Shown here one piece after another: positions 42,884-54,259 of a stretch of DNA of 64,000 nucleotides (its first letter is position 1; each line of letters starts with the position of its first letter). The position numbers and the translations under genes were made by a program. Source of the DNA: an uncultured Acidobacteriota bacterium (GTDB lineage: Bacteria; Acidobacteriota; Terriglobia; Terriglobales; Acidobacteriaceae); contig CAWJOO010000012.1 in NCBI GenBank assembly GCA_963844515.1, forward strand, positions 16,420 through 80,419, given 5' to 3'. The notes under the pieces were generated by a model. The model did not search any database. It saw nothing but the letters and a program-made list of their open reading frames with translations, and was not told where the DNA came from.

Positions 42884-43146
42884 GTGAAGGATTGCCAGTG
42901 CCCCTGCTATGAAAAGCCAGACGAGGAAAGGGCCGAGAGAAAGAAACAGCTATCTACCTGGCTCTGGTCCATGGCAGTAGTGGCACTGACATCTCCGCTC
43001 TTTTTTGTGCTCAACTCTTTCGGAAAGCCCGGGACTGGACGTGCGGCTTGGCTGTCAGCCATGACGATCTTGCTCGCGATGAAGGTCCGATGGGAACTCA
43101 GAAAATACTTGTGGTTCTGGTTGACTATGGCCTGTATTGTCGAAGG
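42884..43146 (+). pseudogene. Probable truncated small membrane protein
   Basis: Hydrophobic helices (..KVRWELRKYLWFWLTMACIV) run directly into the 3' end of the opposite-strand gene. Confidence 0.45.
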
Positions 43147-43758
43147 CTATCCGAGTGGCTTATCGGTCTCTGCATTTACCCAATCTGCGCCACATGTCTC
43201 GCAATGCCAGGCAGCCTCTCGCGGTGGCACTGGGATCGACATGAGGGAAAGGGCCACAAGGGACCGCCCACTCTCTGTCCCGTCGCCGAGCGTAATGTCG
43301 GCCAATCCGCACCTTGGGCAGGTTGGCTGTTCGTAGACTTCCTCCTCGCCATAATCGATTGTCGGCGGAACCTCCTCTTCCAGAATCTCCCGTGCAGCCG
43401 CTTCGTCGCCCTCATCCACCTGCAATCGCATACCGCCCACCGCATTGGAGAGGAACCAATTCATCCGCACCAGATTCTCATCCGCAATCCAGGCTGGAAT
43501 ACCCGTCGATTCCAACAAAGAGCGACCCACGAGTGCCCCCGTCAGATCCCGATAAGTCTGTACAGTCACCAGTCGGCGGAACTCCGGTTCGTCCGGCTCT
43601 TCCACCAGCGGCGGCTCAATCCCGCGCCTCGCAAATTCCGCACGCAACGCCGCCTGTGCAATTTCCATCAGGCCGTCGTAGGAGCGAGCCAGTTCCATAA
43701 GTTCCGTCTCGCTCATCGCCGCATACTGCGCCGCCAGATCCTCTGGACTGGGTGTCAT
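43147..43758 (-). CDS. DUF2007-like putative signal-transducing protein with zinc ribbon
   Basis: SLLESTGIPAWIADEN...GGMRLQV...AAREIL; CPRCG and WHCETCG. Confidence 0.8.
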   Translation of the reverse strand: MTPSPEDLAAQYAAMSETELMELARSYDGLMEIAQAALRAEFARRGIEPPLVEEPDEPEFRRLVTVQTYRDLTGALVGRSLLESTGIPAWIADENLVRMNWFLSNAVGGMRLQVDEGDEAAAREILEEEVPPTIDYGEEEVYEQPTCPRCGLADITLGDGTESGRSLVALSLMSIPVPPREAAWHCETCGADWVNAETDKPLG

Positions 43759-44282
43759 GCACGAAATCCTAACAGGAATCGAGAGCGCGGCAGGCGGGTG
43801 GCCCCGATCTCGGAAAGGTCATCCACCTGAAGGCTGCCCCCGGTCTCTCGCCTTTTGGGAACCGGGGGAGCAAGAGCCGAACTGCCGGTAGCGCATCCAT
43901 TCGGGAAATCACCAGCGTCCGGGCCCTCGAAGGCCCGGTCGCAACTCAAAACCACCCGCACAAATCAGGCGCCCTCCGCAAAGACGTTAGGCACCTCAAG
44001 GCCCACAGCCCCTCAACCTCGTCGCGCGCCGACGCGGGAAATCAGCGGGGCAGCACTATCTACTACATACGCAGTAAAACTTAACTACATGGCCAGCTAC
44101 TGAACCCCAGCTTGAAGAATCTCGGCGAATCCTCACCAGACCCGCCCAGGGGTTCGCCCCAAATCTTGTCAAGAGGCAAAAATGAAAATAGTTTGTAACC
44201 ACGTTTAGAATCAGCGCGAAATACTTTGCGCCAATTAGGGATTAATTCTTCGAACCTGCCATACTTGAATAAATAGCAAAAG

Positions 44283-44314
44283 AACGCCCGCCAACCCGGC
44301 GGGCGTTTTCATTT
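44283..44314 (+). terminator. Terminator-like hairpin upstream of the 108-aa ORF
   Basis: AACGCCCGCC-AACCC-GGCGGGCGTT followed by TTCATTT, preceded by an A-tract. Confidence 0.6.
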
Positions 44315-44343
44315 GGGGCGCAAAAGCGCCCCCAGGAGCCCAT

Positions 44344-44670
44344 ATGTCGCAAGAAGCTTTATACCTGCCTCCCGCCCAACCCGTGTCGCCTGTCTTCGCG
44401 GCCGTCAATCGTTGTATGAACGCATACAAACAGGCCTATCGGGCCGCCGGAACCATGGGCGCCGATCAGTACGATCGCCACAACGCGGGGTCAGACGCCT
44501 ACCGTCTCGCCCTGCCTCTCACCCAGACCGAGATCGACGTCCAGGCATTTATCAACTGCATTACTCACGGAATTGCGCTCGGCGTCTTCGAGAACCACGA
44601 ACCCTCGCAGCTCCTCTACGCGGCGCAAATCGCCCTCTCCGTAACCAAAAGGAAACCGGGCAAGGGATAA
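44344..44670 (+). CDS. Hypothetical 108-aa helical protein
   Basis: AGGAG RBS; AVNRC..AY, AYRLALP, FINCITHGI, LLYAAQIAL. Confidence 0.75.
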   Translation: MSQEALYLPPAQPVSPVFAAVNRCMNAYKQAYRAAGTMGADQYDRHNAGSDAYRLALPLTQTEIDVQAFINCITHGIALGVFENHEPSQLLYAAQIALSVTKRKPGKG

Positions 44671-44713
44671 ACACACCGCTTCGCCCACTGTATGCACCGA
44701 AAACGGTGCAGCA

Positions 44714-44737
44714 GGGGGGAGGGGGGTGGGGGGTGGG
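44714..44737 (+). other. G-quadruplex-forming motif
   Basis: GGGGGG A GGGGGG T GGGGGG T GGG. Confidence 0.7.
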
Positions 44738-44952
44738 CCGGCCTGATGATCCCTTAATGATCGAGAATTTCGCCTGACTGGCGAATATCCTGTCGTCGTA
44801 CCCAGTGCACCACGACAGCTTCCCTGCCCCTCGAGCGGCGAGGATGCACTCCGGAAGAACAAGCTATTGCGCCGATTCTTCGAAAAGCATCGCAACGAAA
44901 ATGGCCCCCGCCAATGCGGAGGCCATTTCTGTGGCGCGATTGAATCGATAAA

Positions 44953-45790
44953 TTACTTCAGATTCCCGCTCGAGTCCATGGTGATGCCGCCAGGACCCTT
45001 GTCCTTCTTCTCTTCGTTCTGCTTGCGCGTACCCATTGCCTTGGCGGTCCAGTCCTTCGCCTGGGCTACGTCTGCCTTCACCGCTGCCGGATCCTTGTAG
45101 TCGACATCGGCCTTGCGGCGATAAATGAGGTTCAGGTAGGTCATCGCGTCGTCGTAGTTGGGACGATTCTGCACTGCCTGGTTCAGATACTTGAGTCCCT
45201 CGTCGACCAGCGGAGCGTTCTCTGCGGCAGATCTGCTCAAGCAGCTTCTTGGGTGCCTTGACGTTGCCCTCGCCGTCGTCGTTCAAGCCGGCGGGAACCA
45301 GACCTTCAGTGTGTTCTTGTGCGCCGTGGTCCAATCGATGACGCCGATCGTGTACGCCGCTTCAGGGTCCTTCGGATCGACCGCCAGAACCTTCTTCTGC
45401 CAGTCCTTGGCTTCGTCCAGCTTCTTCACGCTGAAATAGATGGCCGCGATCTGCTTGAGACTGTTGACATCGTTCGGATCCTTTTTGAGCACTTCCTGGA
45501 AGATGTGATGGCCTGCTGCGCATTCTTCAGGTTGTCAGGGGTAGTCGAGACCGGGAACAACGTTCTGCGCAAGAGCAGTAGCCAGATAGCTCTTCGCCAT
45601 CGGAAGGCTCGGATCGAGTTCAGTGGCCTTCTGGAAGTGGCCGATGGCTTCTTCATACTGTGCCGCCCTTGTAGGCGTCCACTCCCTTGTTCAATTGATC
45701 ACGGGCTTGCAGGCGGTTGCACCCGCTCATGGAGAGCACCATGCCGCCTAAGGCAACCGCGAGCGCCATAATTCGTGCGGGTCGATTCAT
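44953..45790 (-). CDS. TPR-repeat lipoprotein (several apparent frameshifts)
   Basis: Lipobox SMSGC; ARDQLNKGVDAYK, DPKDPEAAYTIGVIDW and RPNYDDAMTYLNL in different frames. Confidence 0.8.
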
Positions 45791-45975
45791 GTCCTTATCC
45801 TTCTCCTTCAGGTCGTGCCTGTACCATGCGCGCCTGGATCTGTGCATAAAGCTGGCTCCGGCGGGAGTTTCCGAAAACCAGGGTGAAAAAGAATTGTACT
45901 CCTGTTGAGCCGCACGTCATCAATGGCGAACTGTCTTTGCTCACAACTCGGGTATCTTGCGAATTCCCGATCTCG

Positions 45976-46410
45976 CTACAAGCCGATCGCCGTCTTTGGC
46001 GTCATCAAGACCCACATGATCCACGCCTGCCGCATGGCTGATGTCGATCACTTCCGCAATCTGTCGTGAAACTGAGCTGGTCGTCGCCCTTCACGAAGAG
46101 CACACGATGATGCGCGATTGGCATAAATGGCAGCCAGTCGCGCCGGCAAGATCCGCCCGGGCAAATGGTCTGCTGATTGATCCTGAAGGCCGCGTCATCG
46201 CCACTGCCCTTCAGGACTTCCAGCACTACCGTTTCAGAGTGGGGCGGGCATAACCTGATGAGACGGTTTCGGCACCAGCGCGGCTTCTCCCTGCGGTGTC
46301 GCCGGAACAATCACCATGAAGATGATCAGCAGAACCAGCAGCACATCGATCATCGGAGTGACGTTGATCTCCGATGCCAGACCTCCGGTTTCTCCATTGT
46401 TCATCGTCAT
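45976..46410 (-). CDS. exbD: ExbD/TolR family protein, copy 3 (frameshifted)
   Basis: SEINVTPMIDVLLVLLIIFMV, RVLFVKGDD, GVDHVGLMTP. Confidence 0.8.
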
Positions 46411-46465
46411 GGCGCAGTGTCCCCTTCTTCCCATCGGGAAAACTGCCAAACAGCAAACGGCCGGC

Positions 46466-46904
46466 CTACTGTCCGGCCATGATCTTCGGCGTCATGATGC
46501 CGATGTGATCCACGTTCGCCGAGTGGGCAATATCGATCACTTCGGCATACAGCCGAGAAGTTCACATCATCGTCGCCCTTGACGAACATGACACGTTCGG
46601 CGCGGTTCGAGTAAATGTCAGTGAGCTTGCGCCAGCAGATCGCGCTTCTCAACCGGTGTCTCGTTGATCTTGTAGGTCAGCGGTGTGCCGGCCTTGCCCT
46701 CGACCTGCACCACGATGGTGCGATCATTAGGCTGCGTCTGCGTGTGGATTCTTCGGCGGCTGCGGCACCAGCGCATCCAGCCCCTTTGGCGTAACCGGCA
46801 CAATGACCATGAAGATGATCAGCAGCACCAGCAGAACGTCGATCATCGGGCGTCACATTGATGTCGCCGATCGCGCCACCACTGCTCCCCATTGTCATTG
46901 CCAT
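46466..46904 (-). CDS. exbD: ExbD/TolR family protein, copy 2 (frameshifted)
   Basis: GDINVTP..DVLLVLLIIFMV, RAERVMFVKGDDDV, VDHIGIMTPK. Confidence 0.82.
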
Positions 46905-46961
46905 GGCTTCAAACTCCTCTGTTCATAAGAACTGTTAACTGGAAGACAGTGCGTGCGAAGG

Positions 46962-47408
<447 letters not shown>

Positions 47409-47567
47409 GTGTGGAGCTCCATGCCTTGAATTTTTCTCCCGGAGGTCGTCCGGACTGCCGTCAATCGCTTGAACCTGCGGCGCGTATGCGTTGAAACCGG
47501 TGGCAGGAAGGGTCGCCTCTGCTCCTGCCCTCCGAAACATTCCCGCTCAGGCTGCCAGCCGCTGAGC

Positions 47568-48312
47568 TTACCGCTTGTGGCTCTGCTTGATGAAGTAGTC
47601 GATCAGTTCGCTCGAGGAGTTATCCATCTCGACATCGAAAGCCTCAACGCGGCCGGTGAAGTAGTTGAACGCCATAACGGCCGGGATGGCCACCAGCAGA
47701 CCGAATGCCGTGGTCACCAGGGCTTCAGAAATACCGCCGGCGACTGCGCCGATACCCGAGGTCTTCTGCGTGGCGATCTGCTGGAAGGCGTTCAGAATGC
47801 CGACGACGGTGCCGAACAGTCCGACGAACGGAGCCGTTGAGCCGATGGTCGCCAGAACGCTGAGGCCCCTCTTCAGCTTGGCGTGCACGATGGCTTCGGC
47901 ACGTTCCAGGGCGCGCTGCGAGCTCTCGATGGTCTCTTCGGTCGCCATACCGGAGGAAACACGGAACTCCTGCAGGCCGGCGGTGACGACTTCCGCCAGG
48001 TGCGACTTCTTGTTGCGATCGGCGATCTTGATCGCCTCTTCCAGCTTGCTGTCCTTCAGGGCGCCGGCAACCTTGGGCGCAAACTCGCGCGACTGCTTGC
48101 GGGCCGCGGAGAAGTACAGGTAACGGTCGATCATAACGGCCAGAGACCAGATCGACTCGATGAACAGAAGGATGGCCACACAGCGGGCCAGCCATCCCAT
48201 GTGCTGCCACAAGCCCATGGGGCTGAAGCTGACTGTACCGCCCTCTTCCTGGAAAAAGGCCAGGCTGCTGACACGTGTGCGAAGCAAAATGTGCGAGCTG
48301 AGCGAGAATCAC
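47568..48312 (-). CDS. exbB: MotA/TolQ/ExbB proton channel protein (N-terminal frameshift)
   Basis: LATIGSTAPFVGLFGTVVGI and GISEALVTTAFGLLVAIPAV; GTG 48312 after AGGAGG. Confidence 0.9.
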
Positions 48313-48523
48313 TTGAATCGTTCCTCCTAAGGAGTTTTGCTTGTGAACTACGGCTTGATTGCGGTTGCACGGCAATTTCAGAAACACGCAATCGAACGAC
48401 AGAATTCCGCTTGCCGCCGCGTGTTGACCACGGACGCCGGCTTCAGCAGCGGTGCTTCGGTCGACGACTTTGTCCGGAATTGCTGTGGGGAATGCGGACG
48501 CGAACTCGATTCGCATTCAGGCC

Positions 48524-48564
48524 AAAAAAGGAAGGCCCTTTTACCTTGGATGGGTAAAAGGGCC
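48524..48564 (-). terminator. Terminator-like hairpin between tonB and exbB
   Basis: 12-bp stem GGCCCTTTTACC / GGTAAAAGGGCC followed on the minus strand by TTCCTTTTTT. Confidence 0.6.
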
Positions 48565-48573
48565 GCGGAGTTC

Positions 48574-49304
48574 TCATCCGCCCAGACTGAAGATCACGTT
48601 TACCGTGGTTTCCACCTCGACGGGCTCGTTGTTCAGCAGGTAGGGCTTGTAGCGCCACTGCCGCACGGCGTCCATGGCGGCCTGCTGCAGCATGGCCGGA
48701 CCGCTGATAACACGCAGATTTTCGATGGTTCCCGACTTGGAGATCGTTGCCTGCAGCACCACCGTGCCGGAGACGCGCGCCGCCTTGGCAATCGGCGGAT
48801 AGACCGGCGTCGTCTTCTGCAGCAACATGCCCGCGGCAACGCCGGCCGAGATGTTCACCTTCTTCGGCGCTTCAGCCTTTACCTTGGGAGCTTGTTGTTG
48901 CCCGGAGAACAGGCCGCCGATCACGCCACCCTGCAGCTGCCGCCCAGGCCTTCCATACCGGCTACGCCGAAGCTGTTCGACGGCGGAGCTTCCTTCTCAG
49001 CCACATTCTTGATGTCTTTGGGGATCTTGGTGGGAGCAACGAGCTGGTTGTTCATCATCTCCGACTGCACGTGCACCACATGCACGGGCGCGGCCGGAGG
49101 CGGCGGTGGGGGAGGTGGAGGAGGCGGCGGCGGGGCGACCAGAAGCGTCTGCATCATCGCCTTGGGCAACGCCTCAGGGTAGATCAGCGGGATCAGGATC
49201 AGCAGCACAAGAATGGAGCCGTTGATGATGAACGTGACCAGCATCCAGCGACCGCTTTTGCTCTTGATCTTTCCGCCGGATTCAAATGTGGAGTCTTCAA
49301 ACAT
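48574..49304 (-). CDS. tonB: Energy transducer TonB (apparent frameshift near 48930)
   Basis: TM anchor, poly-Pro run, C-terminal PVYPPIAKAARVSGTVVLQATI...WRYKPY. Confidence 0.9.
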
Positions 49305-49475
49305 GGCCAGCCTCGAATCGGGTGTTGGTTACCTCTATTTAGACACCGCGGGAACGCTGAATGTTCCCGGACGCCTAAGCTGCTCCCAGCAGCGTGCTCC
49401 AACCTATACCAGAACATCGCTCAATGTTGCAAAGGGTGATACAAACCTCAATCGAAATGACTCCAAAGAAGACTG

Positions 49476-50458
49476 TTAAATGCGGGCGCGTTTGGCGGCG
49501 GGCAAGACCACGGCCTTACCCTTGCTCGAGCCGCCATTGCTGATATGCAACCAGCATGGGCGCCGCAATTGCGATGGATGAGTAGGTTCCGATGAGAATG
49601 CCGACCACCAGCGCGAACGAGAAGCCCCGCAGCACCTGCCCGCCAAAGATATAGAGCGAAAGCACGGTCAGAAACGTCAGACCGGAGGTCAGCACGGTCC
49701 GGCTCAGGGTCTGATTGATGCTGCGGTTGACCACGTCCGGCAGCGACTCGCGCCGGCTCAGCCGCAGGTTCTCGCGAATGCGGTCAAAGACGACGATGGT
49801 GTCGTTCATCGAGTAGCCGACCAGCGTCAGGATGGCCGCGATGACCGTCAGGCTGATTTCCTGGCTTGGTCAGAGCGAAGAAGCCCACGGTAATCAGCGT
49901 GTCGTGGAAGCACGCCACCACGGCGGCTACGCCGTAGATGAGCTGGAAACGGAACCAGAGATAGACCAGCATTCCGAGAGCGAGTAGATGGTCGCCCAGA
50001 AGGCCTTCGACTCGCAGCTGATGGCCCACGGTCGGTCCCACCACGTCGACCTTGACACCCTTCCGGAGTCTGAAAGGGATTGTTATAGTGCGCCTGCAGC
50101 GCCTCCACGATCTGCTTCCGGCCGGCGTCGAGAGTCGTTCTCGTTCTTCTGCTCCGGCAGGCTGATCAGGACCTCGTTGCGGTTCGCGTCGCCGCCGTAG
50201 GCCTGGATCTTGCGCGTCGCGAATCCCGGCGGCGTCCACCGCCTGCCGAATGGCGCCGATGTCGGGCCGGTTCTGGAACTGCACCTGGACCTCGGTGCCG
50301 CCGCGGAAGTCCACGCCCAAGCGGAACCGGGCTGCCGGTCTTGCGCCCAGTGCCAAGCCATGGAGACGATGCCCGGCCACGCTGAAGATGAGGCTGAAGG
50401 CCAGGAAATACCACTTCTTGCCCAGCCAGTCGATGTTTACGCCACGAAAGAATTCCAC
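49476..50458 (-). CDS. secF: Protein translocase subunit SecF (multiple apparent frameshifts; exact end uncertain)
   Basis: LGVDFRGGT, VGPTVG, FHDTLIT, NDTIVVFDRIREN, SINQTLSRT, GTYSSIAIA. Confidence 0.9.
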
Positions 50459-50482
50459 TTGAATTCTACCTTCCTGGAAGGA

Positions 50483-50601
50483 CAGGGAATAGGGAGTAGG
50501 GAATAGGGAGTAGAAAAACCTAACTACGCCCTCATTCACGCTCCCCTCACCTGCCCATTGAAATCCCAATGCCAAAGTCTGTCGCTACTCCCAATTCGCT
50601 G
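50483..50601. repeat. Tandem-heptamer inverted repeat (secD-secF spacer), unit TAGGGAR
   Basis: Left arm CAGGGAA TAGGGAG TAGGGAA TAGGGAG TAG (50483-50513); shorter degenerate partner CTACTCC CAATTCG CTG (50585-50601). Confidence 0.78.
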
Positions 50602-50604
50602 CAC

Positions 50605-52232
50605 CTAAATCGAAACCAGTTCGCCGGGCTTGCATCTTGTTCAGGTGGGCGTCAAAGATGGTCCGCGAGACGAACACCGCCGTGAACAGGTTGGCCAGCA
50701 AACCGAACGTCAAGAGTGGTGGCGAAGCCCTTCACTGGCCCGGTTCCGAACAGGAACAGAATGGCCGCCGACACGATCGTCGTCACGTGCGTGTCCACAA
50801 TGGTGATCCAGGCGTGCGCGAAGCCCTGGTCAACGGCCGCCGAGGCTGCCTTGCCGGCGCGAATCTCTTCACGAATACGCTCGAAGATCAGCACGTTCGA
50901 ATCCACGCCCATACCGATCGTCAGGATGACGCCGGCGATGCCCGGCAGCGTCAGCGTTGCGCCCAGCCACGCCCATGAATCCAAGCAGGATGAAGCAGGT
51001 TCAGGATCAGAGCCAGGTCGGCGTTGATGCCCGATCCGCGGTAGTAAATAAGCATGAAGACCATCACGACAAGCATGCCTACAATCGCCGCGGTCACGCC
51101 TTCCTTGATTGAGTCGGCTCCGAGCGAAGCGCCCACCGTACGTGTCTCGATCTCCTCCAGCGAAGCAGGCAGAGCGCCGGTGCGCAGCAGTTTGGAGAGC
51201 GCCGCGACTTCGTCCTCGCTGAAGCTGCCCTCGATCTCGCCCGTGATCGTGAATGGCGCTCTTGATGTTGGCCACTTCGCGAACGGTTCCGCCCATGACC
51301 ACGGCCATCGGGTTGCCGACGTTGGCCTTGGTGTAATCGTAGAACTTCTCGCCAGCCTCGTTGGTCAGCGTAAACCGCACTTCGCGCTGCACCGGTATTG
51401 GGATTGGTCGTCGGGATCGGCGGAGCGGAAGTCGCTGCCTGCCACCACGGCCACGCGCTGCACGCACGTAAAACTGTCGTCGCCGGACTGGTTGCCAATG
51501 CCGCCGGAGAAATGGCAGAATCTCCTGGTCCGGCGGCAGATTCCCGCCCACGCTCTGCAGCGCAGCCTGCTCGTTGGCGAAAGGACCGCCGACCACCGGG
51601 TGAATCTCAAGACGCGCCGTTGACTGAATGATGCTCTTCACGCGATCGAGGTCGGAGATGCCGGGCAGTTCCACCAGGATCTGGTTCGCGCCCAGGTTGT
51701 ACTCCTGAATGACCGGCTCGCTGACGCCCAGCGAATCCACGCGATCGCGAATGGTCTCGATCGCCTGCGTAACCGTGCGCTGCTCCAGGTCCTGCTGGAA
51801 GTTGGGCTTCATGGTCAGCGTAAACGTGCCGTTTGCGCCGCTGCTCACGTCGAACTCGTTGGCGTACTTGGTGTCGAAGCGTCGAACTCGCCACGCTTGC
51901 TGATTGGCGGGCGCAACCCCTCGACCTGAATCAGCGTCGGCTTGTTCGCCGGATCCGGCTTGAAACGCGGCTGAACGTTACCTTGGCGGTTTTGAGGTCC
52001 TGCTGTAAGCTCCCCACGGTGTTGTCAGTTTCCGCGCTCACGGCTTCCTCACCTGCACCTGCAGAATCAGGTGGGCGCCGCCCTTGAGATCGAGACCAAG
52101 GTGGATGCGATTGGTGAGTGCTTCCGTCAGCGCCTTGCCGCTCACCCCATTCGGAATGCCGAAGATGCCGTACAGGCAAACCACCAGTACCGCGATGATC
52201 AGCGCAACTCTGCCTTTGAGATTCTTCTTCAT
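50605..52232 (-). CDS. secD: Protein translocase subunit SecD (multiple apparent frameshifts)
   Basis: HLGLDLKGG, RVDSLGVSEP, GASLGADSI, LTLPGIAGVILTIGMGVDSNVLIFERIREE, GTGPVKGFA. Confidence 0.92.
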
Positions 52233-52319
52233 CGTTTCACTTCTCTATTTCGAGATTGCCGAGAGGGTAGAGCCCGAAGGCACGCCGTTCTCTATGCAAA
52301 ACTGAGAAACCGACGCCGC

Positions 52320-52639
52320 CTACGAGGCCGACGTCTCCTGCGTGGTCACCGAAGCGATAGCGCTCTTCGCCACTTCCATCTTGATTCCGTCCGGAGCCAC
52401 CTTGATGATCATCACATCGTCCTTGATGGAAAGAATAGTGCCGCGAATGCCGCCCGCCGTGGTTACCCTGTCGCCGGGCTTGATGCTGGCGAGCATCTCT
52501 TGCCACTGCTTCTGCCGCTTCTGCTGCGGACGAATCATCACAAAGTAGAGAACCGGGATCAACAGCAGCGGCAGGAGCATGGTAATGCTGCTGCCACCAC
52601 CCGCGGGCGAGCCGCGAACATCGCCAAACTGATTGCCAC
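52320..52639 (-). CDS. yajC: Preprotein translocase subunit YajC (N-terminal frameshift)
   Basis: YFVMIRPQQKRQK..IKPGDRVTTAGGIRGTI; GTG 52639 after AAGGA. Confidence 0.92.
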
Positions 52640-52994
52640 ACTCATCCTTTACCGCCAGGCGTCGTTGCTTTCGCGAAGCGCTCAGGCACAGGCGTATCCG
52701 GGCCTGGGCCCGCCGCCTGAAATAGATTTTGTCTCCGGGAAACGTCCTGGCCGTGTCACGGACTCAGACGCGGAAGCCTGAACCCGCCTCGGATGCCCAC
52801 CGGACCTCAGTCCGCATGCACCGCGCCTCCGGTCCAGCTCCCGTCGACTTCCTGTTCGACAAGGCCTGCCTTTGGATATTCAATCCTAGCCGCTCCATTC
52901 CGATCACTCCGAACCCGCTACTCCGAATTCGACAAACTTGTGCCTATGGCTGCTTTAACTGCCGGACAGATCCCAAAAGAATGCCTAGCAAGAT

Positions 52995-53022
52995 AAGATA
53001 CGCGGAGACAGGGCCATGTCAA
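52995..53022 (-). promoter_or_regulatory. Putative sigma70 promoter of yajC-secD-secF
   Basis: Minus strand TTGACA-16 nt-TATCTT. Confidence 0.5.
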
Positions 53023-53213
53023 GGCATTCGCGCTCCGAATTGCCCTCAGCGATGACGCCCGTCACAGCCCGCCGACGCCCTATTTCCCTTACAAAAACCT
53101 TACTGATCGATTGCACCAGTCTTAGGTCCCTCGCTGTCTCCTGAAGCTGTCACAAGTTGCGCTGCTCCGAATTCCCGGAGACCACCGATTTCGAGCAGCG
53201 CTCAGGAGACGCC

Positions 53214-53429
53214 ATGTCAACCCCGATCAATGCACCCTGGCTGCTGCTCATCCCTTTTTGTGCCATTCTTTTTTTCAACGTATGGGCACTTTGGAACTTC
53301 TCCAATGAACTTCGCCGGGGAAAGCGTCGCCGCGTCCGCCGCACGCCCTATTACCCTCCCACACGGATCTACACGCCGCCAGCGCGGGTGGTGCGATTCC
53401 GGCGCAGGCACGACTCGGAGGCGGCGTAA
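53214..53429 (+). CDS. Small single-pass membrane protein with Arg-rich tail
   Basis: AGGAG RBS, ATG 53214; TM PWLLLIPFCAILFFNVWALW followed by RRGKRRRVRR. Confidence 0.6.
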   Translation: MSTPINAPWLLLIPFCAILFFNVWALWNFSNELRRGKRRRVRRTPYYPPTRIYTPPARVVRFRRRHDSEAA

Positions 53430-53468
53430 GAGTGTGCTGGTCGCGCGTGGCGGTGGTTCAATACGGAC

Positions 53469-54190
53469 CTATTCATTTGATTTGGCGGCAGGTGGCGCAT
53501 CCGCCTCGTCGGCGGTATCTTCCACCAGCATGGCCGACCCTGGCGCTATCTCAAAACTGGCTGGCTCCCTTCCAGCCGGGCGAAACGTCACCCGGAGGGG
53601 TTCACGCTGCCACTCCGGTATCCCACATACCGGGTCTGGATGCTCATTTGTATCTGCGGTGAACACTTTAAGTTTCTTCGCCAATATAGGCTTGCGCGCC
53701 GCCAGCTGCGCCACCACGGCGTAGACGCTCTTGCCACTTGCCGTGAGACCGCAATACGCTCCAAAGTCACGGAACCAGCTCACATGGCTGACGCCAGGAT
53801 CGTAGTCCGGCAGTTTAAGCGGGGCAACATGGCCGGTGGCGCGATCGATCAGCATCCACGGACCTCTCTGCCAAACCCAGTGCGGCTTTTGAGATTCGGG
53901 CTTCTCTCCGGGGAGCTCGTCATTCAGCCGCACCGCGCGCCTCACCACAAAACTTCGATCTGTGACTTCGTGGGCGTCGCCGGTGGTCCACTCCTTGACG
54001 ACACCATCGACGAGCAAAGGGCGAATCTTGAGCGAATCTTCTTCCGGGAGCGCCCCGGATGGGTCGCCGGCCCTGGAATAGACGACCTTTTTCGGCGCAC
54101 CCAATGCCACTACGTGGGGCTTTTTGGCTGCTCCAAGACAAAGGGGCTCAGCGCCAATAACGCGCCCAGAACCCCCGGAAGATATCTCAT
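53469..54190 (-). CDS. Hypothetical secreted protein (signal peptide shifted out of frame near 54135)
   Basis: ATG 54190 gives MRYLPGVLGALLALSPFV; the main frame continues AAKKPHVVALG...HWVWQRGPW...SWFRDFGAYCG. Confidence 0.7.
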
Positions 54191-54259
54191 ACTCCGTCGT
54201 TCGAACATGACGGCACCACTCCTTGCTTTTTTCTACCTCGGCCTTTTATGAATGGCCTG

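Noticed and set aside
49090-49140. G-rich tract GGAGGCGGCGGTGGGGGAGGTGGAGG
   Set aside because: Explained by the poly-proline codons of TonB
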